Part shown: positions 24,101-32,463 of the stretch, piece by piece
Position numbering within the stretch: the first letter of the stretch is position 1
Layout of the letters: every line of letters begins with the position of its first letter
Assembly (NCBI RefSeq): GCF_018977255.1
Contig: NW_024704742.1
Coordinates: 85,748,001 to 85,812,000 of the forward strand
Length of the DNA stretch: 64,000 nucleotides
Direction of reading: 5' to 3'
Source: Callorhinchus milii
Taxonomy: Eukaryota
Made by a program: the position numbers and the translations under genes
The notes under the pieces: model-generated
Seen by the model: only the letters and a program-made list of their open reading frames with translations
Database searches by the model: none
Told to the model about the DNA's origin: nothing

Positions 24101-25167
24101 CAGAAAGAACACCAGGATAAAAATTACGGGACGCTGCAGGGATTCCTGGAAAATAAAGAACAAAAGGATAATCTGGTGCAAGTGCACGATCCGAGAAAGA
24201 ACCTGATATCCAACGGGTTTGACTTGTCTGCATGTCCAGCTCCCAAAACTGAGAATGAGGTACGACATTAGATAGGAGGAAATTGGAGGCATAAAAAGGC
24301 AGGGAATCCTTGGCTTTATAAATAGAGGTATAGAGTATAAAAGCAAGAAAGTTATGTTGAACCTTTACAAATCACTGGTTAGGCCTCAGCTGGAGTATTG
24401 TGTCCAATTTTGGGAACCATACTTTAGGAAGCATGTCAGGATCTTGGAGAGGGTATAGAGGAGATTTACCAGAATGATACCAGAGCTGAGGGACCTCAGT
24501 TATGCGGAGATTAAAGAGGCTGTGATTGTCCTAAAAGCAGAGATATAATAGTGGTGTTCAAAATTATGAGGGGTTTTGACAGAGCAAATAAGAAGAAACT
24601 GTTTCCATTGGGAGGTAGGTCTGTAATTAGAAGACAGATTTAAGATAATGACAAAAGAACCAGAGGGTGAGGAAAATTATTTTGACACATAGTTGTTATG
24701 GTCTGGAATGCACTGCCTGAGAGGGTGGTGGAAGCAGATTCGATGGTAGCTTTGAAAAGGAAATTAAATAGGTACTAAGAAAGGACAAATTTGCAGGTCC
24801 ATGGGGTAAGAGCGGGGGAGTGGGACTAGTTGGATAGTTCTTTCAAAGAGCCGGCACAGGCACGATGGGCTGAATGGCCTCCTCTGTGCTGTAAGATTTG
24901 ATGATTTTATGATTCTAGGACATTAGATAGGAGGAGAATGGGGTAGGAAATAGGATGATAAAGAATAGCTGACACTTTGTACTTATGATATTTCCTGTGT
25001 TCTCTCTCTCTCTCTCTCTCTCTCTCCTCAACCAGCTTTTGCAGATGTTTTACAGGCAGCAAGAAGAAATCCGAAAGCTGCGGGAAATCCTGGGGCAGAA
25101 AGAGGTGCGGATCAAACAGCTGGAACTGGAGATAAAAAATGTACGTAACAGTCCCATTGGTTATTGA
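1..25167 (+). CDS. CORO2A: Coronin-2A, 5'-partial; join(<1..112,6283..6399,10769..10918,12053..12232,14646..14762,16287..16391,19385..19481,22074..22186,22915..23005,24012..24259,25036..25167); 486 aa encoded in window
   Basis: Eleven exons with GT-AG boundaries and compatible phases splice into one stop-free ORF with a coronin WD40 propeller, unique region and C-terminal coiled coil. The ESVITNP insertion, [25 protein letters not shown] and [16 protein letters not shown] match CORO2A rather than CORO2B. Confidence 0.93.
310..610 (-). mobile_element. Degenerate Deu-SINE
   Basis: Similar to 4022..4430. Confidence 0.65.
3114..3214. repeat. Near-perfect palindrome: 46-nt arms, 9-nt loop
   Basis: Arms differ from perfect complementarity at 3 positions, one of which is a G-U on the + strand. 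Confidence 0.93.
3616..3890 (-). mobile_element. L2-clade LINE 3' fragment
   Basis: [15 protein letters not shown]…[15 protein letters not shown] plus (GTT)n tail. Confidence 0.85.
4022..4430 (-). mobile_element. Older Deu-domain SINE (SacSINE1/AmnSINE-like superfamily)
   Basis: Reverse strand carries the Deu core (…TTTGGATGAGACATTAAACCGAGGTCCC…GGTGGACGTTAAAGAACCCATG…GGTGTCCCAGCCAAC) and an L2-like tail. Confidence 0.8.
6283..6399 (+). CDS. CORO2A: CORO2A exon: [39 protein letters not shown]
   Basis: ttgcaag| acceptor, |gtgagt donor, 117 nt, WD repeat. Confidence 0.95.
6545..7430. repeat. TG/TA-rich low-complexity tract split by a SINE
   Basis: Imperfect tgtgtgtgttatatac-type units. Confidence 0.9.
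6929..7247 (-). mobile_element. Young tRNA(Ala-UGC)-headed SINE, full length (short form)
   Basis: Head GGAGTCCTGTAGCTCAGTGG (A box) with B box, 3' Deu-like segment, L2-like tail ending (TTA)n; inserted into a TG-rich tract. Confidence 0.9.
8735..10125 (-). mobile_element. L2-clade LINE, degenerate RT and C-terminus
   Basis: [35 protein letters not shown]; frameshifted; 3' tail at 8735. Confidence 0.9.
10769..10918 (+). CDS. CORO2A: CORO2A exon: [50 protein letters not shown]
   Basis: tttcag| acceptor, |gtaagc donor, 150 nt. Confidence 0.95.
10940..11800 (-). mobile_element. L2 fragments (composite)
   Basis: [25 protein letters not shown] core region (…FHMYAND…) at 11480-11790. Confidence 0.82.
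12053..12232 (+). CDS. CORO2A: CORO2A exon: [60 protein letters not shown]
   Basis: ttgcag| acceptor, |gtaaaa donor, 180 nt. Confidence 0.95.
12752..13598 (-). mobile_element. CR1-clade LINE 3' fragment
   Basis: [49 protein letters not shown]; (ATTCTATG)n tail. Confidence 0.93.
14288..14560 (-). mobile_element. Deu-SINE fragment
   Basis: Deu core plus tail. Confidence 0.75.
14646..14762 (+). CDS. CORO2A: CORO2A exon: [39 protein letters not shown]
   Basis: cacag| acceptor, |gtaggt donor, 117 nt; absent from ORF track, read manually. Confidence 0.95.
14990..15320 (+). mobile_element. L2 3' fragment
   Basis: Similar to the other L2 3' ends, with the tail stem-loop. Confidence 0.75.
16287..16391 (+). 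CDS. CORO2A: CORO2A exon: [35 protein letters not shown]
   Basis: ctcag| acceptor, |gtaagc donor, 105 nt; coronin signature. Confidence 0.96.
17420..18210 (-). mobile_element. Deu-SINE, full length, interrupted at 17803-18162
   Basis: Deu core at 17500-17760; tRNA-like head at 18163-18210. Confidence 0.8.
17803..18162 (+). mobile_element. tRNA-headed SINE (long form) nested in an older Deu-SINE, target duplication AACCT
   Basis: The older minus-strand element continues on both sides (…ctacaacct | accttctgactcagagg). Confidence 0.8.
18432..19215 (-). mobile_element. Penelope-like retroelement 3' fragment (GIY-YIG endonuclease relic plus terminal repeat)
   Basis: [24 protein letters not shown]…[24 protein letters not shown]; terminal CTGACGAAAGGTCATCAATCTGAAAGGTTAAC…GATGCTGCTTGACCTGCT. 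Confidence 0.88.
19385..19481 (+). CDS. CORO2A: CORO2A exon: [32 protein letters not shown]
   Basis: cgcag| acceptor, |gtaggt donor (phase 1), 97 nt; [10 protein letters not shown] coronin motif. Confidence 0.96.
20714..21032 (+). mobile_element. Young tRNA-headed SINE, full length (short form)
   Basis: Near-identical to copies at 27279, 47503 and 61521; anticodon arm CTCGC-TT-TGC-AA-GCGAG. Confidence 0.92.
21149..21890 (+). mobile_element. CR1-clade LINE 3' fragment
   Basis: [12 protein letters not shown]…[18 protein letters not shown]1 3' stem gggccgaatggcct. Confidence 0.93.
22074..22186 (+). CDS. CORO2A: CORO2A exon: (A)[37 protein letters not shown]
   Basis: tgcag| acceptor, |gtaaga donor, 113 nt. 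Confidence 0.96.
22915..23005 (+). CDS. CORO2A: CORO2A exon: [30 protein letters not shown]
   Basis: tttcag| acceptor, |gtcagt donor (phase 1), 91 nt. Confidence 0.95.
24012..24259 (+). CDS. CORO2A: CORO2A unique-region exon: (G)PILISLKPG...[16 protein letters not shown]
   Basis: ttccag| acceptor, |gtacga donor, 248 nt. Confidence 0.93.
24281..24918 (+). mobile_element. CR1-clade LINE 3' fragment with 17-bp target-site duplication
   Basis: Same family as the 12752 copy; GACATTAGATAGGAGGA at 24264-24280 and 24919-24935. Confidence 0.9.
25036..25167 (+). CDS. CORO2A: CORO2A last coding exon (coiled coil): [43 protein letters not shown]
   Basis: (CT)n tract plus accag| acceptor; TGA at 25165-25167. 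Confidence 0.95.
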   Translation, partial: LLQMFYRQQEEIRKLREILGQKEVRIKQLELEIKNVRNSPIGY

Positions 25168-26196
25168 GGAGCAAGAAGAGTGTGCGACGGGGGGAGACGT
25201 AAATGCAGCTTGAGGAGGACTGCTACCTACTTGAATATAGTTATATTTTTTATTGAGAAAAAAAAGTTTAATTTGTAAAACTGTCTGTACTGTACAGGGT
25301 GCACCTTTGTGTTTTTTTATTTATCTCTTTATATGATTGTGTACATACACTAATTTTTTTACCATACACTGGCTTTATAGGACTACCGTTCCACGCTCTT
25401 TGATCTTACGATGTCCGTTTCCTTAGGCTTCTGGTGATTGTCAGCTTTTACAGCGGGTATGGTGGGGGTGGGGAAATCAGATGGAATATTTCAAACTTTT
25501 GCTGTTACCAACTCTGTCTAAGCGCTCTGAGACGCTACCCTGCATGAAGGGCGCTGTATAAACACAAGTTGTTGTTGTGGTTGTTACTGCTTCACAACCA
25601 CTTCGCATTTGGTGAATGAATAAGAGTGAGGCCGCTTTTTGGTCACAGGTTGGTTAACAGCTGCATTAGGCAAATAAATCACTGGTTTGTAAATCGGACG
25701 GGCTTTTTTAACAATACTTTTGATTTGGCTGTTTTAATTTTTTAAAATATGTATAAATATATATTATATAGACATTGAACCCGACAGGGACAGTGACTCT
25801 GAGGAGTGGCCTGACAAACATTTAGTGCCTCTTGTGAAAGGCTGTGTGCACTGCTGTGGGTCTCCTCTGGTGGGCAAAATAAATCATTGGTGATTTTTTT
25901 AAAATAACTATTTGTGTTTGCTGATATTCTAATTGCATGGAAGGGATGGCTTCCAGCCGTTTGCACTCTGACTCAAGTGCTCCAAGAAACTGCCCCACAT
26001 GAATGGCGCTATGTAAATGCAAGTCGTCATTGTTGTTGCTGTTGTTGACTTTGTGGCCGGGGCTAAATTTCCCCTTTTTGAAAGCCAGAAGAATTATGAA
26101 ATAAAAGTAAATAGAAAAAAAAGAACGCAATATTGAATTGTTGACAATACCTCAACCTTTTTTATAGAGTTAAACACACTTTCCAAACTTTAAATG

Positions 26197-26202
26197 AATA
26201 AA
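26197..26202 (+). promoter_or_regulatory. Candidate CORO2A polyadenylation signal (alternatives near 26100 and 25673)
   Basis: AATAAA ~1 kb after the stop in AT-rich UTR-like sequence; which site is used cannot be determined. Confidence 0.4.
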
Positions 26203-27268
26203 AACTGGAGAAATACAACAATCTTTCTAACATTTTAAACTCCCCTTTTAAAACATTTTGAACAGTGTTTAGAGAAAACTACAGTGAACTTTTTGTAACT
26301 CCAACATATACACAGATTTACAGGGTTTATGGTAACATATCTACGGCAGCCTGAAGGGGTGGTGCAATGCCCTAGGGCAGGGGTTTCGTCCCGAACCTTC
26401 TGAGCTCAAAGCCCCCATGATATTAGGCATCCTGACTGAAGACACACCCATTCAGGCTGTGGGGGCTTCCTGTGGTGCAGCGACCCTCTTGACTCTGGTG
26501 CACTGGAATCATACAGCCTGACTGAGTGCTTGGAGCTCAATTCCTTGTCAGACAAATTGTACTGTGAGTTACTGTGAGTCTTTGGGATGAGAGATGGTCG
26601 TAAGGATTCTCGGGGAATTGGATTCTCTGGGAATACTCATCTGGGGCTTATTATAATTATAATTAGTTATATATTATATATTATAATTATATATATATAT
26701 TATAATTAGGTTGCTCATCACTGTTGTTCGGCACCACAGAAGGCTGTCCTGAACTACCTTGCACTCGAACCATGACCCGATCAGAGCCTGGCTTAGCTGC
26801 TTTCTTTCTCTGCTCGGACATGTTGGGGTCCTTCAGATCTTTTATGAATTGGGATTTGGACCTCTCTGCCTTGCTGGTATTTGTCGTCTCAGCGTTAATG
26901 GTGCTGAGGAGCAAACCTTGGGAGCCCACCTTTTTTATCCACTATCCGCTCCTCGGGCTGCGTCCATAGTCCAACTTGGCTTCTGTAGCCTTTGCACTTA
27001 TTGGTTGTGTGTCTCCTGGCTCAGCAGCCCACACATTTACAACATTAAAGCCCAATAGCAGCCGGTTGGGGTTTACAGAACAGCAGAGAACTGCTCCATT
27101 TAATTTTTGTTACTTAAAAACAATCGTCTTCTCGCAACACGGGGCAAAAGCATCAGATCAGCAGATTCCTTGTAAGGCACTATGCAAATGTACGACTGTT
27201 CAGGTTACCCAATGTCAGTAAAAAAAATTGAATGAAATTGTATCAAATTAAATGAGTAGATAACTACT

Positions 27269-27597
27269 GGAGTCCTGTGGAGTCCTGTAGCTCAGTGGTT
27301 AGTGCACTCGCTTTGCAAGCGAGAGACCTGAGTTCATTTCCAGGCAGGGCGAAACCTTGGGCAAGTTTCCTTACTCCACACAGAGCCTAATAATAATCCC
27401 TCCAAAAAACAAAAACAATAATTAAATTGGTCATTTTCAGTCTATGAATGTTTGTGGGACATTGCTGTGCGCAATTGGCTGCCGCGTTCGCCTACAAATA
27501 TGCAGTCAACTCACTTTACAGTATATTCTGTGAAGCGCTTTGGGACGTCCTCCCGACGTGAAAAGCGCTATATCAAATGCAAGGATTATTATTATTA
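27269..27597 (+). mobile_element. Young tRNA-headed SINE with duplicated 10-nt 5' end
   Basis: tggagtcctg tggagtcctg tagctcagtgg…aaggattattatta. Confidence 0.92.
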
Positions 27598-30500
27598 CTG
27601 CTCATGTCTCTGACTGTCATTGCAAACGCTTATTATCTATTCAGAACTTCTTACCAATGTTGATACTTTCATTACGTTACTAAACTGACCAATTGGGTTG
27701 TTGACTTGTGGGATACTGCAAGGTGCAATTAGCTGACATATTTCACCCACATAATACACAGTCAATCCACTTTACGATATATTCTGTGAAGTGCTTTGTG
27801 ACATCTCAAGGACGTGATAAGGCATTATGTCCAATACAAGGATTATTATTGGACTATACAGGGCTCTCAGGAGATCACATTAAGAATAGCGGAGATGAGA
27901 AAAGGCAATTTAGCAAATCCTCCGCTCTATTATCTCATCCAATTCTACGCTAAGCTTTGATCTGAATAGCCCATTTACTCATTCTGACTCAACTTGGGCA
28001 GATTGTTTCAAACTTGTGTGACTTATTTGAATAAAAAACTTCCCTCCAGTACGTGTACCCATTGCTAAACTGGTCTTGACTATTCTACATTTATATCCAA
28101 ACTTATTTGTTTTTAAGTCAGCTGTTTGTACGTCAGTTGCTTTAACAGCCCTAACTTTGCTTCGATTAAATTCAGAAATAATATGTGCTCCATTCACCTC
28201 CCTTATATTCATTTTATTTTTTTGACCTTTTCTGATCTTAGCAAGATGCTCTAGAGCCATGGAAGCTCTCAAAGGGACACAGAGGAGGGTCTTCTTGTGC
28301 TATCACTGAAACCCTCCTCCTCAGTGCAAGTTGTGTGAGCTTTGGTGCTTCTGGTTTATTTGTTGCCAAATTTGTTGACTTAAAAACGTGCCTATTTAGA
28401 ATTTCCTACAAATGAACTTTCAAACAATATCTACCCCAAACGAGATATGCACAATATTTCAGTTTTCTAGGAAATGTTGACTATCTCCCTCCATTCCCCT
28501 TCCCCATGTCATTTGGAATAGTTGTGTTCTTATCTAACCTTTTACCTTTGCACCACATTAATGAAACTAGAGACAACAAAGCCAGAGGCCAGGTTTTGCT
28601 GTCATGTTAGCTTTTTAATGCTGTGTCTGTGCTGCAACATCGGCTTGGAAGTTCTGCCTATGTTTAGCTTGGTTTCTTTTCAATTTAGTTAAATTTATCC
28701 TCAAATACTCCAGATTAGCAACCCCAATAACCTGTACTGACTCCCTCCATCTTCGGGATGCAAATGCAAACCTTTTTCCAGGCTTTAGTGGCCAGTAGCA
28801 CACTTTTATTCAATGGTTTGTCAGACTCAGTGGGGAGGTAGGAATCTTTTTATTCAGTGGGAGTTTGGTGGTTGGCTTGCAAATTCCAAATGCAAGCTGC
28901 CATTGTGTTCTACACTGTGTGCTTTAGGGGGGAAGAGGCAGATAGCCCGAAAGGCTCAAATGTTGGTCTGCATTTAAGAGAAAATATTTTTAGATGTGGG
29001 CAAGGCTTGAGTGGAAGTTTAGTTATGAGGCAACTAGCTGGATCTCCAGGTTGTTTGGTTATCCTGCAAGCCAAAGCCCTAATGAGCTGGACAAGCAGCG
29101 GGAAAGTTTGCCAGACAGCAATATCAATGGCAAGCTATGCAGTTTTAGCTGGTTAGACTCCAGCAGTGCCTGAACTCACACTCTGGGGTCCCCAAGCCTT
29201 AGCTCTTGCCAACCTGCGCCTAATACTTGCCGGAATTAGGAAAGCAGGATACGTCCCTCCAGGGAGAGAGTGCACATTCCATTCCAACAATCTATCTCTG
29301 GGATTTCCATGTGTAGATGGGATGCATGGAAATCTCAGATTGGTTTGGATACTCTTAAGCATGGTGATGGGTTTCCGCATGTGTCAGATACCCAACTGAC
29401 CCCCAAGAACCTGGATCTCCAAGTTGTTTGGTTATCCTGATAAGATATGTAGTTAACAGGAACTTGCCCAAAGGAGTTGAATAACCATATTAGATTGGCT
29501 GCATTCACTGCTTAAACTGAAGCATGTCAAAAGCTTATACATTGTAATATTTACTGTGCTAATACAGTATATTCTGTTAAAGCTTTCCTTTTTGTATTTG
29601 GTGATTTAATTCCAAGGCATAATAAAGAAGATGTAATAAAACAATGTATATTTCCAAATGATGTACTGTACCTTCTTATCCTATTGAAACTGGTGTTAAG
29701 AATAATGCCCTGTGTGATCTCACGGTGCAAACCTGTGAGTTGATAGTTGTGAACAATGACTGCCTGAGTTTTTTAAAAATAAATTTTAGAGCACTACTTT
29801 GAGGGAGGTGTGAATAGCACTTGAATGTTATCTTAAGACAATTCTGTGTAAATTCAGGCTTTGCAATTCTGTGCTAATTTATGCTTAAATTGTTTTTTTT
29901 GTGGAGGGAATGGGCGGGGGGTAATATTGTATACCCCGTTACTTGATATTTGTGATTGAACAAAATATTTCTGTTTAATTTTTCTCATATTCACCATTTT
30001 CTGTCGTGCGTGTGGGGAGGGGAAAAAACGAGGGTATGTGTCGAACAGAATGTGTCTAAGCAGCACACACAATGAATCTCCTCCACTTGTCGCTATACTG
30101 ATCTTTATGGATAAACATTGAACAATTCTGCACATGTTGAGGGCTAAGTTTCATTAAAAGAACCATAAACAAGACTGTTTGCAAGTGTTTTTTTATGTGT
30201 TAGAATGCAGAGTTTAGTTTATATTTTTGCCCACAAAATATAGTTCATTCAGTTTACACTTGAGATGTCTCAAAGACGTGATAAGGTGCTACATCAAATG
30301 CAAGGATTATTATTATTATATTAGTGCCGTTGAACTCAACCAATTGTTTGTCATTTATGAAGGTTGAGTGTCCCACAGCAATCTGGAACATGCCAAATTT
30401 AAGTTCACCAGCACAAAGTCAGAATTATTTGCAGTGCAAGCCAGTTAAGCCTGACACATCGGGGATGGTGGTTTGGTCCGGCTTAAGAGGTGCTGAGGTT

Positions 30501-31779
30501 AACTGAAATACATGCTTCATGTTTTGTCTCAAATACATTGCTGATCAGTTTATCAAGATACCACGGACTGACTGCTGGTGGTCCTGAATGTACTGCAGCA
30601 TCAACCAATGCTTGGAGACAGAAGGTTTGATTTCCACATAAAGAGAACTCGTGTTCTGTGTTCCATCTTCAGTAAACGTGAGACATGCCAACACAGGTCA
30701 AACACACAATGAGTAAGGAAAAAAATTAAAATCACAAAATTGCAGACATTTTGACAGACTGTGTCGGTTGATTTAACTGCTGCTCCAGTACATGTATTAA
30801 AACTAGCAATCATTGTACGGTGTTTGCTATGAGATATTGCAAGAAAGAGACTGACGGTTTGGAGTCTGTAGCAGAGTGTGCACAGTACAAGTGGGTGAAT
30901 GCGAAGAGCTCCACCAACAATTCAACGACCAAATTGTACAAATTATATTTAAAAACTTCTCTAAACAAACTCAACTTAGTTTTGTTAAATTGTTTTTGAC
31001 CCCCCAATCCACGGCTATATATTTATATTCTGTATATTTGAGCTTCTTTCAATGTATTTAACTCTTGGTGTAAAAGAGCACTCTCACCTCCAGATCAGAC
31101 TGTTGTAACAGTCTCCACGGACAGCTCAGCACCCAATGAGTTAACGGTTCAGAAATTGTCTTTACAGTCAGAAATATTTGGGAACAAAGTACACGGATAT
31201 TTTTTAAATCAAACAGCAATTCAAACAAGTCATCAATCAGGCACAGACACATATCCTCATTCGCCACAGGAGAGAACCAAACCAAAACAAGACAGATATC
31301 AAGAGCTACATCACATTCAACAGCAAAAAACAATGCATTAACGCAGAGGGTTCCGAAAACATAATCCATGAGTCAGAAAGGTGAGAAGGGAATCAATGGC
31401 AGGATCGTAACCAAACACTCTCCTATCCTGGCCATCTTTGTGTTTAATTTTCGCTAGAATTTGCTTGACTTGAAAAACATTTGTCACAAATTCATTTTTT
31501 GTAAATCTAGCAACAAGAAAAAGCAGAATTGAATCCCAACAAAATATCAGTTTCATTTGATGTTTATTGAAGTCATTTTCATTTAGCAGTGCTCCACTGA
31601 GCCAGGCTGCAAGCAAATCCACTCCAAAAATCTTCCACCAATGAAACTTTTATAAGTAAATGCTAGCAAAAGCCATAAGACATAGGAGCAGGATTAGGCC
31701 CCTCTAGCCTGCCCTGCCATTTAATAAGATTGTGGCTGATCTTCTAACCTAATTCCATTTCTATATGCAAATACAATTC

Positions 31780-32240
31780 AAATTTACATTAATACAGCAC
31801 ATTTCACGTCAGGAATGTATCCCAAGGCACTTGACAGTTCTGGCTGGCACCTGAGCTGGGGGTGGGAGCTGAGGGAGTGGGAAAAGTAAAGATGATCGAA
31901 GGCACAATTGGTGAGACAGACCTTAAAGAAGTGAAGGAGGGAGCGAGTCGAAGGGACTTCTGGATGGAGTTCCACAGAGTGGGGGCAAATGGGCTGAAAG
32001 CCAGGCAATGATGGTGGAGTGCGTAGGATGGAAGACATGAAGCAGGGCGGAGCAGAGGAGGATCAGGGCTGGTATGGTTTGAGGAGATTGCAAAAGTAGG
32101 GTGGGGTATCACTGTGGAGGGATATGAAAGTGAGGACGATGGTCTTGAAATCCTGCACTCAAATCCGTGGGGGTGGGGGGGGTGAACGGGGAGCCAATGC
32201 AGTAAGGACGATCAGGACGAGAGTGATAGGTTTGTGGAAT
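31780..32240 (-). mobile_element. L2 3' fragment, probably in the GDA 3' UTR
   Basis: AFSPFAPTLWNSIQKSLRLA plus tail. Confidence 0.75.
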
Positions 32241-32395
32241 TGAGCGAGGAAACAAAACTCAAAATGGCTAAAAGAGAGAGAAAGCAGACATAAGAATTAA
32301 TCCATTGATCACAGATTGCTGACATTGGCTCTGTTTATGTAACAGAGATGTCTTGATTGATGACACTAATGCAGTCGCACACTGAAAACATGTCA

Positions 32396-32463
32396 CTAGG
32401 ATTCCAGGAAAGGAACCACTTGCTTGCCGGCCACATATACCTCTTCTATATTGCGGTCATCTC
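32396..32463 (-). CDS. GDA: GDA exon 14: (G)[21 protein letters not shown]
   Basis: ttttag| acceptor; TAG immediately followed by TGA. Confidence 0.95.

Noticed and set aside
26985..27045. CX2CX4HX4C zinc-knuckle pattern on the - strand (CVGC*ARRHTTNKC) next to ORF 26687..26929
   Set aside because: It contains an in-frame stop, has no supporting gag/ORF1 similarity that I can recognise, and such a pattern can arise by chance in six frames of 64 kb.
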